A DNA stretch of 64,000 nt from Rebecca billardiae RCC1528. Lineage: Eukaryota; Protista; Haptophyta. Location of the stretch: assembly GCA_965240325.2 (NCBI GenBank), contig OZ251230.1, positions 744,001-808,000 of the forward strand, written 5' to 3'. Position numbers and translations under genes: made by a program. The notes beneath the pieces are model-generated. The model had not been told where the DNA came from. It worked only from the letters and a program-made list of their open reading frames with translations, and did no database searches. Positions 11,651 through 24,174 of this stretch are shown here, piece after piece (positions within the stretch are counted from its first letter, which is position 1; the number at the start of each line of letters is the position of its first letter).

Positions 11651-14600
11651 ATGGCTGATGGCGTGGACGCGTCCCCGCTCGCGGAGCTCGCCAAGCTGTG
11701 GGGGGAAGGCGACGTGGCGGCGCTGCTCGGGGCGAGCGAGGTTGGCCTTCATGACGAAGCGGTCTCCCAGGGCGTGCCGTGGCAGGGCGTGCTCGAGCTG
11801 CTCCTCACGTCCACACGCCTCGAGAAACTCTGCCTCGGGTGTGCGCAGAGCGGTGGGGCGGGCAGGTGGCGGCGCCACGTGGCGCGTGCAGACGGAGGCA
11901 CATGGGCACACAATGTCGTGCATGTGGCTGGCCTGTCGGCACGTGTCAGCGCCGCTCCGGGCGCCGCGCCACCGCCGCCGCGTACGCCGCACGCGCTGCT
12001 CACAGCGGCACATGCGCGCGAGCACACAGGCGGTGCACGCGCGGAGATGCGTGCATGCGTGACGGGCGGACGGGAGCTGGAGGCGCGCGAATGCATGCTG
12101 CATCGCGTGCGCCATCGCACACGCCGCTCAGCCGCGCCCCGCCCCGCGCCCTCCCCTGCGCGCAGTCTCTGTAAAGGCGTGGGTGACGAGGGTGCCACGC
12201 AGCTCGGCGCCGCCCTCGCGTCGGGCAAGACGCGCCTGCGGACGCTGAGCCTCTAGTGAGTGCTGGGGTGGGCACTCGGCGCGGCGCGCGGCGCGTGGAC
12301 GGTGGGCGGCGGGGGAGGAGGGTGGGTGGCTTGCGTTGTCGCGGGCATCGATGCGCGCGAGCCCGGGCTGCCGCGCGCGCCCCGCGCCGAGCGCCGTGCC
12401 CCCGCCGCGGCGCGCGCCGCACGCTGCGGCGGCGGCGGCGCGCACACGCGAGCGCGCGCGCATCGGCGCACGCGCGCCGATGCGTGCGCGCGTGACGTGG
12501 GCGCGGGAGCTTGCGGCGCGCGTATGCATGCTGCATTACGTGTGCCATCGCACACGCCGCTCAGCCGCGCCCCGCCCCGCGCCCTCCCCTGCGCGCAGTC
12601 ACACCGGCGTGGGTGACGAGGGTGCCACGCAGCTCGGCGCCGCCCTCGCGTCGGGCAAGACGCGCCTGCGGGAGCTGGACCTCGAGTGAGCGCTGGGGTG
12701 GGCACTCGGCGCGGCGCGCGGCGCGTGGACTGTGGGCGGCGGGGGAGGAGGGTGGGTGGCTTGCGTTGTCGCGGGCATCGATGCGCGCGAGCCCGGGCTG
12801 CCGCGCGCGCCCCGCGCCGAGCGCCGTGCCCCCGCCGCGGCGCGCGCCCCACGCTGCGGCGGCGGCGGCGCGCACACGCGAGCGCGCGCGCATCGGCGCA
12901 CGCGCGCCGATGCGTGCGCGCGTGACGGGGGCGCGGGAGCTTGCGGCGCGCGTATGCATGCTGCATTACGTGTGCCATCGCACACGCCGCTCAGCCGCGC
13001 CCCGCCCCGCGCCCTCCCCTGCGCGCAGTGCCACCCGCGTGGGTGACGAGGGTGCCACGCAGCTCGGCGCCGCCCTCGCGTCGGGCAAGACGCGCCTGCG
13101 GAAGCTGTACCTCTTGTGAGCGCTGGGGTGGGCACTCGGCGCGGCGCGCGGCGCGTGGACGGTGGGCGGCGGGGGAGGAGGGTGGGTGGCGCGCATCGTC
13201 ACGGGCATCGATGCACGCGAGGCCGGGCTACCGCGCGCGCGCCGCGCCGAGCGCGGCGCCGCCACCACCGCGCGCGCCGCACGCGGCGGCGGCGGCGGCG
13301 CGCACACGCGAGCGCGCGCGCATCGGCGCACGCGCGCCGATGCGTGCGCGCGTGACGGGGGCGCGGGAGCTTGCGGCGCGCGCGTGCATGCTGGATCGCG
13401 TGCGCCATCGCACACGCCGCTCAGCCGCGCCCCGCCCCGCGCCCTCCCCTGCGCGCAGGTCCACCGGCGTGGGTGACGAGGGTGCCACGCAGCTCGGCGC
13501 CGCCCTCGCGTCGGGCAAGACGCGCCTGCGGGTGCTGGACCTCGGGTGAGCGCTGGGGTGGGCACTCGGCGCGGCGTGCGGCGCGTGGACGGTGGGCGGC
13601 GGGGGAGGAGGCTGGGTGGCGTGCATCGTCAAGGGCATCGATGCGCGCGAGCCCGGGCCACCGCGCGCGCGCCGCGCCGAGCGTCGCCGCCGCCGCCGCC
13701 GCGCGCACCGCACGCTGCGGCAGCGGCGGCGCGCACACGCGAGCGCGCGCGCATCGGCGCACGCGCGCCGATGCGTGCGCGCGTGACGGGGGCGCGGGAG
13801 CTTGCGTTTCGCGCGTGCATGCTGCATCGCGTGCGCCATTGCACACGCCGCTCAGCCGCGCCCCGCCCCACGCCCTCCCTTGCGCGCAGTGGCACCCACA
13901 CGTCTAACAAGGTCGAGGCACGCGTTGATGAGGCCGTGAAGGCGAACAGTGCTCGGCTGCAGCAGGAGCCACCCAGGTGCAAGCGGAGGGGGGCCACAAC
14001 GCGACGCGCCCGTGCACACGCGGGGCGGGCGGGAGAGGGAGCAGTGGGTTGCGATGATCGGCCGCCCGATGCGCGGTGCACCCCGGCTCTGCCACCGCAC
14101 ACCTGTGGCACGCACTTCGCCACCGCTCACGTGCGCGCCTCACCCACCGCCTGCCTGCGCGCGCAGTGACGACTCTGCTGACGACTCTGCTGACGATTCG
14201 GCCTCTGACGACGAGGCGGAGGCAGCGGAGGAGGCGCAGGCCGCGCTCGAGGCGCTCGCGGAGCGGCGGCGCGCTGCGGACGCCGCGCGCGCCGCGCTCG
14301 GCGCCGAGCAGGCGGCCATCCGCGCCGCCCTCGGCCGCGGCGGCGTGGACGAGGCGCGGCTGGCGCGGCGCGACGCGCGCCGTGCCGAGCTGGGCGCCGC
14401 GCTCGAGGCGCTCGGCGCGTGCGCGCTCGACGCGCACGCGGACTCGCAGCAGCGCGCGGCGGCGCTGCGTCGCGAGGCGCGCGCGTTGCGCGCGGCGCTC
14501 GAGCGCGCGGGCACGCCAGAGCAGCCGCGCGCGCCAGCGGGCGACGGCTCCGCTCCGGCGCCCCTGCCGCCGCCCCGCGCGCTCGAGCGCGCGGTGGGCG

Positions 14601-17005
14601 CGGCGGTGCGCGCGCACGACGCCGCAGCGCAGCCCTCCGCCGCGGGCAGTGGCGGCGCGGCGCTCGCTGCCGCGTGGGCGGAGGTGGCGCGCCAGGCCAT
14701 CGCCCTCGCGGCGCGCGGCACGTACGCCGACGCGGACGACGGCGCGTGCGCCTCGGCGTGGGCGCTCGCCATGCCCGGCCTGTGCGACGCGGCGCGCGCT
14801 GCCGCCACAGGCGGCGGTGGCCTGACCGACGCGGCGCGTGCGCGCGCGGCCGCGTGCGACGAGCTGGCCGCGGCTGCCGAGCGCGCGCGCACGATCGCGC
14901 GCGAGGCGGAGGCGGAGGCGCGCGAGCTCCGCGCGCTCCCGTCCGCCGAGCGCGCGCACGGCGCGCACGAGCTGCGCGAGCGCGAGGAGGCGTGCAGGGC
15001 GGCGGCGCGCGCGCTGCGCTACGCCCGCCTCGCTCTTGAAGATGCGCAGGACGACGGCGGCGACGTTGACGGCGCACAGCGCGCGCTCGTCGACGCGCAG
15101 CGGCGCGCGCAGCGCACGCAGCGCGCGCGCGAGCGCTCGCTCGACCGCCTGTACGAGCTGGCGGGCGGGCCGTTCCCCGAGCTGCCCGCCATGCTGCCCG
15201 AGGCGTTCGACGGCGCGGGCGCGCTGCCCGCGGGCGCGCGGCCCGCGTGGCTGCACGGCCGCACGCTCGCGCAGTACGAGCCGTGCGAGTGGCCCGACGG
15301 CGCGGCGCCCGGCCGCGCGCGGCACGAGGTGCTGCTGCGCGCGTTCGCGGGCGAGCGCGTCGTGCTCAAGGTGTACCCGCTGGCGAGCGACACGGAGCGC
15401 CGGCGGCTCGGGCGCGAGGTGGAGTTTGCGCGGGCGCACGCGCACCCACACCTCGCGCGCGTGGCGGGCGTCTTTGTCGACGAGCCGCGCGGCGCGCGCT
15501 GCGCGCTCGTGCAGACGCCGCTCTACTCGGGCGGCACGCTGCGCGGCTGGCTCGAGCGCGACGAGGCGACTGCCTTGCCGCCCGAGGCGGTGCGCGGCGG
15601 CGCGGCGGGCGCGCGAATGCTCGAGCCGGCGCACGCGCGCGTCGCGCCCGTGCGCGTGCGCGCGCTGCGGCAGCTGCTGGGCGCGCTCGCGCACCTGCAC
15701 GCGCGCGGCGCGGTGCACGGCGACGTGAAGCTCGAGAACGCGTTCGTGCAGCTGCCGGGCGACGACGCGGCCGAGCGGCCGCTCGGCGCGGCCGAGCCGT
15801 TCCGCGTGCTGCTCGGCGACTTTGACCTGGCGCGCGTGGAGGAGGCGCTGCAGCACGCGGCTGGCGGCGGCGTGCCGAGCGCGACGACGCGCGCGGGCGC
15901 GGGCACCGAGGGCCACATGGCGCCCGAGCTGCTCGTGCCGGGCGCGCGCGCGAGCGCGGCGTCGGACGTGTTCGCGTTTGGCGTGTGCGTGCTGCGCGCG
16001 CTCGCGGCCGACGAGCCGACGCGCGCCGCGCTCGTGGGCTCGGTGCAGGGCGCGCGCGCCGCGGCGGCTGCGCTGGGCGAGCCGCTCGTCGTGGCCGCGC
16101 TGTCGGACGCGCCGGGCGCGCGGCCGAGCGCGGCGCAGCTCGAGGGCGCGGCGCTGTGGGCGGCGAGCGACGAGGCGCTGCGCGCGGCCGAGGCCGAGCG
16201 CGAGGCGGCGGCCGCGAGCGCGCGCGCCGCGCTGCGCACGTGCGCGGTGTGCTTGGACGAGGAGGTGCCGCCGGACGAGTGCGCCGAGTGCGCGGGCGGC
16301 GGGCACGCGGTGTGCTCGCTCTGCCTCTCCATGCACGTGCAGGTGTGCGCGCAGCCCGACGGCGGCGGCGGCGCGGCGCTCGACGCGGACGGGCGCGTGC
16401 CGTGCGTCGAGGCGGGCACTGGCTGCGCGCACGCGTACCTGGACGGCGAGCTCGCGCGCCGCACGACCGCCGCCGCGTTCGGCGCGTACTGGCGCGCGCG
16501 CGAGCAGCACGCCGAGGCGCGCGGCGAGGAGCGGGCGGCCGAGCGCGCGCGCGCCGAGGCCTTGCGCCTCGCGGCGCTCAGCGCGGCCGAGCGCGTGCGC
16601 GAGCAGCGGCGCGCGCACATCATCGATCATATCCTCACGCTCAAGTGCCCGCGCTGCGGCATGGCGTTCGCCGAGTGGCTCGACGGCGCGCGCGGCTTCG
16701 ACGGCTGCTGCGCGCTGCAGTGCGCGCGCGATCGGTGCGGCTGCCACTTCTGCGCCTACTGCCTCGCCGACTGCGGCGCCGACGCGCACCCGCACGTGCG
16801 CGGCTGCGAGCACGGCAACGGCACGTACTTTGCGCAGCGCGGCGAGTTTGAGGCGGCGCAGCGCGCGCGGCGCGAGCGCGCGCTGCGCAGCTACCTCGCT
16901 GCCGAGGCGGGCGCGGACGGCGCGGCGCGCCAAGCGATCGTCGCGTCCGTCGAGCGCGAGCTGCGCGACCTGCGCATCGACCCAGACGCACTCGCGCGCG
17001 AGTGA
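11651..17005 (+). CDS. LRR - kinase - RING/RBR-like protein, copy 2 (4 LRR exons)
   Basis: Exons 11651-11838; LRR 12166-12255, 12599-12685, 13029-13115, 13459-13545; cap 13890-13976; terminal 14167-17005. Same motifs as copy 1. Confidence 0.85.
11839..13889 (+). repeat. Intron + LRR-exon cassettes, array 2
   Basis: Same ~430-bp unit, 4 exons. Confidence 0.95.
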
Positions 17006-17277
17006 CCGATGGGCCCTGGGGGCGTCGGCTGCGCGCAGCCAGGCGCTGGCGAGGACTAGGGCACGAGCTGAGCGCGATGATGCTCGGCGGGGGCCACGTG
17101 CGCGGATGCACCGCCACGCTGAACACGCTGGTGCCGAATCGCACGTGGCGGCTGGGGGCGCTCACCCAGCTCCGCGCCGTCGAGAGCTCCGAGCCGGAGC
17201 TACGCCGGCCGCTGAGGGGCGTCGGGGAGAGGGATGAGCCGGAGGCGCGCGCGGCGACGATGCGCGGCGCTGTGGCG

Positions 17278-19898
17278 GCGCGCTCCAGTGAACGGCGCAC
17301 GGTGAACGAGTTGGCGACCTTCTCCTTCGTGCTGACGAAATCGCTCAGCTTGCCGAGGAGGATCCCCGCCCACTTGTGCGCGTACCCGCTCGACGCGTCC
17401 ACGGCGACGGCGGCGTCGGCGAGCTCGATCCCCGATCGGATCAGCTCCTCGCGCCGCGCCGCGTCATCGGCCGCCTGCTCGGACAGCTCGTAGCGCGCGC
17501 ACGCACGCCGCCAGAGGAGCTCGACGTCGTCAGCCGCGGGTGCAGCGGAGGCCTCCTGCTCGAGCAGTGCGTACAGCGCTTCGTATTCGCCCGCGGCGTG
17601 CATCTCGTCCGCGCGCGAGAAGCGCGCTGGGCTCTCTTCGAGGGGTGGTGCCATCTGCCCACTCGGCCTCTCGAGGCTGGTCGCACTCCCGCCCCCGGTG
17701 TCAGGTGAGGCCGAGCCGTCCAGTGCAGCCCGCTCTGCAGCCTCGCCCGGGGCGGTACTACGCGTCGGCTTCTCCAATTCGCCTCGGGGTCGCGGCCGAA
17801 AAAAATCCGGCCTGCGCCCGCGACGGCGCGCGGCCGAGCTCGGGCCGACTCGGGAGGTCGGCGCGCGGCGCCACAACGCGTGGTGGCGCGCGTGCGTCCC
17901 GGAGCGCGATCTAGACTACGCGCGCGCGCTCACGTGCCCTCGGGGGTACAGAGGGCCTGCAACCGCCCCCGCGTAGTGCGGCATGCCGCCTGCACCGCGT
18001 TCGCGTCCAGTCATCGCCGAGCACCCAGATCCATCGGTGCACGCAAGCGTGACCGGCCTGAGGGCCGGTCGGCGAAGCCGCTGAGCGCGGATCTGATGCA
18101 TGCCATTCTGTGCATGCATGTGTACAGCACAGCGCCCACCGCGCTGACCACGACCGTCGTCATGACGTTCAGCGCGGGCATCACGCACTGCTGCTGCCGG
18201 CTGATGGGCGCGCGGCAAGCAGTGATGGCAAGCTGCCCCACCGCCCAGCAGCCGAGCTGGGGGGCTTAGCAGCCGCAGTACGCGTAGCTGGGTCCTGCAG
18301 CTGGGCGGCGGGGCAGTTACGAGTACTGCTGGGCGCTCGGAGTACATCAGCGCCACAGCGTTGCGGGCCGGCGGCGCGGCCGACGGCCGGCGGCGCGGCC
18401 GACGGCCGGCCGGCAGACGGCAGCCGGCCAGCACTTGGCAGTAGCCGGACAGGCGGAGCGATTCGAGCTGTGTTCTGAGGTGGGCAGGCTCCGCACTGAT
18501 GACAGTGTAATCGGTGTTCAGGATATCCGTCAGTGTCGTCGTGCCGCCAATACGCCCTGCCTTTCGGGCGACGGCGAGCCACCAGATACAGAGCGCGAGG
18601 TGGATCAGCGTGCCACCCTTCAGAAGTCCCGCCACCTGCTGTGTCGTCTCCTGAGCATGGCGAGTGCGACCGCGGTGGCGAAGATCTCCTCGCGCGCAGC
18701 TCGGGTACACGCGGAACAGCGCGTGATGAACTCGCGGCTTATGGTTGCGCGGCGGTTCACCGCAGCGGCGTGACCCGCGCGGCGGCCCCGCAGGCACATT
18801 GCACAAGCACATGCCACATCATCTTTGTCTGCTACTACGACTAAAGCGTATCACATATATGTCATCTGCTGTCATCAGTGCGGAGCCTGCCCACCTCAGA
18901 ACACAGCTCGAATCGCTCCGCCTGTCCGGCTACTGCCACTGGCCGGCTGCCGTCTGCCGGCCGGCCGTCGGCCGCGCCGCCGGCCGTCTGGCCGCGCCGC
19001 CGGCCCGCAACGCTGTGGCGCTGATGTACTCCGAGCGCCCAGCAGTACTCGTAACTGCCCCGCCGCCCAGCTGCAGGACCCAGCTACGCGTACTGCGGCT
19101 GCTAAGCCCCCCAGCTCGGCTGCTGGGCGGTGGGGCAGCTTGCCATCACTGCTTGCCGCGCGCCCATCAGCCGGCAGCAGCAGTGCGTGATGCCCGCGCT
19201 GAACGTCATGACGACGGTCGTGGTCAGCGCGGTGGGCGCTGTGCTGTACACATGCATGCACAGAATGGCATGCATCAGATCCGCGCTCAGCGGCTTCGCC
19301 GACCGGCCCTCAGGCCGGCCACGCTTGCGTGCACCGATGGATCTGGGTGCTCGGCGACGACTGGACGCGAACGCGGTGCAGGCGGCATGCCGCACTACGC
19401 GGGGGCGGTTGCAGGCCCTCTGTACCCCCGAGGGCACGTGAGCGCGCGCGCGTAGTCTAGATCGCGCTCCGGGACGCACGCGCGCCACCACGCGTTGTGG
19501 CGCCGCGCGCCGACCTCCCGAGTCGGCCCGAGCTCGGCCGCGCGCCGTCGCGGGCGCAGGCCGGATTTTTTTCGGCCGCGACCCCGAGGCGAATTGGAGA
19601 AGCCGACGCGTAGTAGCATCGGGTTTGCGGGCGATAGAGCCGCAGCGGGGAAAGGCGCGAGACGGAACCCGACGTACGCGGCCAGGCGGCGCTGAAGCTC
19701 CCTCCTCACGTTCCTCCTTATACTCGCAGGACGCGAATGGCAACCATTACATGGCAACTCACACGTGCGTGCAGGCGAAGGCGGCAGGAGCTTGCATCTG
19801 GGCGCGAGGGTCGGAGATGAGCCTGGCCAGTGCGTGCGAGGAATGTGGGCACCACCAAAGGGCACGGCGGCGAGCACTAGCACGACGGCCAACCGCAT
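17278..19898 (-). pseudogene. RMD1-like copy 3, truncated, frameshifted and interrupted by a foldback element
   Basis: Homologous to 1559-2310, split at 17757/19614, with several small indels between 19630 and 19760. Confidence 0.8.
17758..19613. mobile_element. Foldback-type non-autonomous transposon with ~750-bp terminal inverted repeats and TA target duplication (Tc1/mariner-like)
   Basis: Arms 17758-18505 and 18869-19613 are near-perfect reverse complements (CTACGCGTCGGCTTCTCC...GGAGAAGCCGACGCGTAG). TA is present at 17756-57 and 19614-15. The empty site GGGGCGGTAGCATC is seen in copies 4 and 5. Confidence 0.85.
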
Positions 19899-19938
19899 TA
19901 CGCGGCCGTCCACGGCCGCGGGAGATTGGGCAGCCATC

Positions 19939-20986
19939 GCAGTCGTATCCCCAAACAAACCTTTTGCCTGGTTCTGAAACCTTTTCCGGACCGCCAAACC
20001 GGCCGCACGATGGCGGATTCGGCATGGCGGTCCGGAAAGGCTCCAGAACCATGGCAAAAGGTTTGCCGATCCAAACACGCCGCTTGGGGAGAGCGACGCC
20101 CTGGGGGTCAAGCCTACACGGAAAATCGAGAACACACGAGATGCCCATGTATGTAGTATGTACTTGAGGTGACGTTGAGCGCCCGGTGTGCGAGCTCGCT
20201 GCTGCCGCGGGGCCGCCAGCCGACGCGCACGGTGCACGGTCGTGACCGAGTCGGATGAACAGGTCAAGGTGTAGTGAGAGGTGCAGTTTCAGACGCGTCG
20301 TGATCCACTCACGGTGGGCATCACGTCGGACAGTTGGCCGCCTGCGGCACCGGGACGCGGACGCAGGGGCGAGGGCCGTGGCGTGCGGAGCGGAGCACGA
20401 GTTGGCGAGCGCCGAGCGACACCGAACTTCAACTTTTACCGCGACGCGAGTCGGCCTTGTTGTGGCCACGCAGCTCGCACGGACAAACATAACTACAAGA
20501 TTCGGGCGGGCGAAGCTACCCTCCAACCAATAATCAGAAAGCACATTCGACTGCAAGATTCGGGCGGGCGAAGCTACCCTCCAACCAATAATCAGAAAGC
20601 ACATTCGGTAGTCTGAACTGCAGGGAATTCTAGCCTAATTCCCTAAATCGCGGCGCGATTCGTCGTCGCCGAAACACATGGCTGACCATTTGAGCGCACG
20701 AATGTTTCAGCGTACGAAGATACCTTGCAGTACGCTGAGATACCCCCGCGCCGTTCTAGATTCCCGAGATTGTGGGAGATGCCTACTCACTATTCTAAGC
20801 CGTCTCATGTTTGATGCGATTGTATGCGGGAGAACGCGGGGTCGCCGTGAAACTTTCAAATCAAGCACGGCAAGCGGGTACGGTGTGCGCCTCCGGACCT
20901 CAAGGGTGGGCTCGGGCGCTTTCAGCGCCCGAGCCTTTCCGCGTCCGAAACATTTAAGCATCCGAATTCAACGTCACACAACAATA
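19939..20986. mobile_element. Unclassified ~1-kb insertion in the unit-3 promoter
   Basis: Interrupts CAGCCATC|AAGACGAC as seen in units 2, 4 and 5. Contains a hairpin (19942-20097) and a 58-bp tandem duplication (20492-20607). No clear TIR or TSD. Confidence 0.45.
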
Positions 20987-22069
20987 CTGCGGTCATGTTG
21001 AAGCCCCCCCCCCCCATGTCCTTCTGTAGGGGGTAGGTGCACCCTGCTCGAAGGGCTGATGGGCTGCAGGGGGGGGGGGGTGCAACCTGCTCAAGCTCTA
21101 GGCTGGCAGGCTGCAGCCGCAGGGGGCGGGGTGCAGGCACCCCGACTTCAGCAGGCCCATGGTTGGGTGCTTCGCGCAGGCGCGCGCCGCGGGCCCAGGC
21201 CGTGGCTGTCACAGTGTAGCAAGTGGTACCAGAACTCTGGAGAGCGCGCCTGCGGCGCAGGGAGTGACCTTCATATCATAGTAGTCTTCATCACGTATCC
21301 ACCACCTCACGATATGCGCCTGCCCAGGGGCCACCGCACCTGCCTCGTGTCGGCGCGGCCCACCGTGCCGTCAGCGGACTGGCGACCGCAATCGTCGCCC
21401 CTGCCAGGGACTCGGCCGCCGACTCGGTATTCATGAGCGGCACCCTGCCTAGGGTGGTCGGCGCGTCGCTGCTCGCAAAGTGCCCACCCAAGCAGACGCC
21501 CCAGCCCGGCCCAAGCTCGGCCACTGCCATGCCACCGCGTGGCGAGCGCAACCGGTGCGCTCTGGGCTGACCAAGCCCGCAACGGCCGGGAGCGGCGCGG
21601 ACGCCGCGCCACCGCGTCTGCCTGCCGTCGCGGTTGGATTGAGCACGGACCGTAGCACGAAGACACATGGCGTGCCAGCGCGCTGCCAGCCTGGCACCAG
21701 CGCTCTCTGTTGCACGTACGCGCACAACGCACGGCTTCGGGCCGGGCGGCCGGGGGCAGCGGGGCGGAATCCAGCGCCGCCATCGTCTTGGGCGCGCGCC
21801 TTCGGCGATGCTGTTCTGTTCCGGTAGGAAAGCGCGCCAAAAAGGGCCAAAAATTTTCTTCGCCTCGGGCCGGCGGGGCCCCGGGGGAGGCCCCCCGGAC
21901 CCCCCGCTGTGGGTCCGGGGGCTGGCGCCCCCGGACTTCCGGTGCAGGGGGGGGGGGGGGGGCTACCGCCTCGGGGCCGCGAGACGCTCAGGAGGGGGTT
22001 GGTGCAACCTGCTCACACCCAGAAGGGCCCACAGAAGGACACAGTGGCCGGGTTACAACATGACTGCAG
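20987..22069. mobile_element. MITE with TA target duplication
   Basis: Ends TA|CTGCGGTCATGTTG ... CAACATGACTGCAG|TA, with subterminal inverted match TGTCCTTCTGT/ACAGAAGGACA. Confidence 0.7.
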
Positions 22070-22117
22070 TACAAGACGACTCGCGCTCGTCACGAAATGA
22101 CGAAAAGCTGAGACGAA

Positions 22118-24084
22118 GGTTGTATAACCGCTCGGTTATGCGGGTATAACTCACCGGTAGCCCTCATGAGGGCGGGCTGGCAGCCAGGGTCCGGCTGCCT
22201 GGAGGTTTTCCGGTCGTCAAGCAGAGCCAGGCCCGGATTGGGCGCGGGTCTGGATTTGCTCAGCAGCTGCTCGGCAAGCGATGCGCGTCTGGGTGCGGCC
22301 GCGCTCGCTGGCTGCACCCGCGGCGCTGCGGCCGGCGTGGCTGCTCTGGTCACCGCTGCGCTGGTGGCTGCTCCTCCTCTGGGAGTTGTTTCTTCCAGGT
22401 GCGTGTGCGTCGGCGGTAGGCCGCCCTCAGCCCTCGCTCTCTCCACTCGTGCACCTGCCCTGCTTGCTCTCTGCTTTCGATGGGGGCGCCTCGGAGCCGC
22501 TTCGAGGCGTCCCCGTCTGCAATCTTCTCATGCTCTATCTGCTTTCGATGGGGGCGCCTCGGAACCGCTTCGAGGCGTCCCCGTCTGCAATCTATCTTCT
22601 CATGCTCTGCTTTCGATGGGGGTGCCTCGGAACCGCTTCGAGGCGTCCCCGTCTGCAATCTTCTCATGCTCTGCTTTCGATGGGGGCGCCTCGGAACCGC
22701 TTCGAGGCGTCCCCGTCTGCAATCTTCTCATGCTCTGCTTTCGATGGGGGCGCCTGGGAACCGCTCCCAGGCGTCCCCGTCTGCAATCTTCTCACGCTTC
22801 GCAGTCTCGCTTGCCTTCATCGCCTGGCGGGTGGGTGCTGCTCTCTCCTTCTCTGCCGCCTCCTCTGCAGTCTGCCGTGCACTGCTGTGTGTGGGATGCG
22901 ACCTGCTACCTTATCTGACGCTACGCGTGCGTGTCTCGCGCCTGCTTCCCGCCTGCGCCGCCGCCGCCGCGCATGTCTTCGTGCCCACTGTCGCATGCCG
23001 TCTGGATCGTCCTTACTCATACAACCCTGCGGGGAGCCCCTCTGGGCCTCTGCCGCCTTCGGTCCTCGCGCTACCCCTTCGGCGGCCTCGGCCTCTTCGG
23101 GCCCCCGGCCACCACCCCTGCGGGGTGTGGCATTCCACACCTCCTTCTGGGTGGAGGCCCTCGAGGCCTCTGCCTCCTGGGGCGCCGCGCTCTGCCCAAA
23201 CTTGCGTTGGGGGGGGGGCGTCGGCTGCCAGCGCCTGCGGTCTACGTGCTCCATCGAGTACTTCCTCTTCGGCGTCTAGGCGGTCATCGGCTTCTGTCGG
23301 CGTAGTTGCTCGAATGCATCGGCGAGTCCTTCCTGGTCGGCGTCGCATCCTGGACGGCTTCGGGGGTGTGACCTAGTCACCTCACGCGTTTATCAACGCG
23401 GCCCCCACCTCAATCTACTCTCATGTGGGTCTACCGAGTGAGTTATGGTTGTATAACCGCTCGGTTATGCGGGTATAACTCACCGGTAGCCCTCATGAGG
23501 GCGGGCTGGCAGCCAGGGTCCGGCTGCCTGGAGGTTTTCCGGTCGTCAAGCCGAGCCAGGCCCGGATTGGGCGCGGGTCTGGATTTGCTCAGCAGCTGCT
23601 CGGCAAGCGATGCGCGTCTGGGTGCGGCCGCGCTCGCTGGCTGCACCCGCGGCGCTGCGGCCGGCGTGGCTGCTCTGGTCACCGCTGCGCTGGTGGCTGC
23701 TCCTCCTCTGGGAGTTGTTTCTCCCTGCCCTCCCACCCTGCTGGTTGCTGGGTGGGCATGGCCTTGGGTGCGCGCGGTGTCGGGGGGGTGGAGGCCCTCG
23801 AGGCCTCTGCCTCCTGGGGCGCCGCGCTCTGCCCAAACTTGCGTTGGGGGGGGGGGCGTCGGCTGCCAGCGCCTGCGGTCTACGTGCTCCATCGAGTACT
23901 TCCTCTTCGGCGTCTAGGCGGTCATCGGCTTCTGTCGGCGTAGTTGCTCGAATGCATCGGCGAGTCCTTCCTGGTCGGCGTCGCATCCTGGACGGCTTCG
24001 GGGGTGTGACCTAGTCACCTCACGCGTTTATCAACGCGGCCCCCACCTCAATCTACTCTCATGTGGGTCTACCGAGTGAGTTAT
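22118..24084 (-). mobile_element. Head-to-tail dimer (22118-23446 and 23447-24084) of a non-autonomous Helentron/Helitron2-like rolling-circle element
   Basis: No TSD; inserted between A|A (T|T on the minus strand) of GACGAA|ATGAAAGG. Asymmetric inverted repeats ATAACTCAC(T)CGGTAG..CATGAG, end hairpin ATAACCG-CT-CGGTTAT, internal tandem repeats. Confidence 0.6.
22471..22795 (+). repeat. Five tandem 64-68-bp repeats inside the Helentron-like element
   Basis: CTGCTTTCGATGGGGGCGCCTCGGAACCGCTTCGAGGCGTCCCCGTCTGCAATCTTCTCATGCT starting at 22471, 22539, 22607, 22671 and 22735. Confidence 0.9.
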
Positions 24085-24174
24085 ATGAAAGGCGCTTCGC
24101 ATCCGGACCAGCGGCACCGGAACTCCGGAAGGCATCGGCCATCGCCGCTCTCGGAGGCCGCCCAGCGCGAGAGC

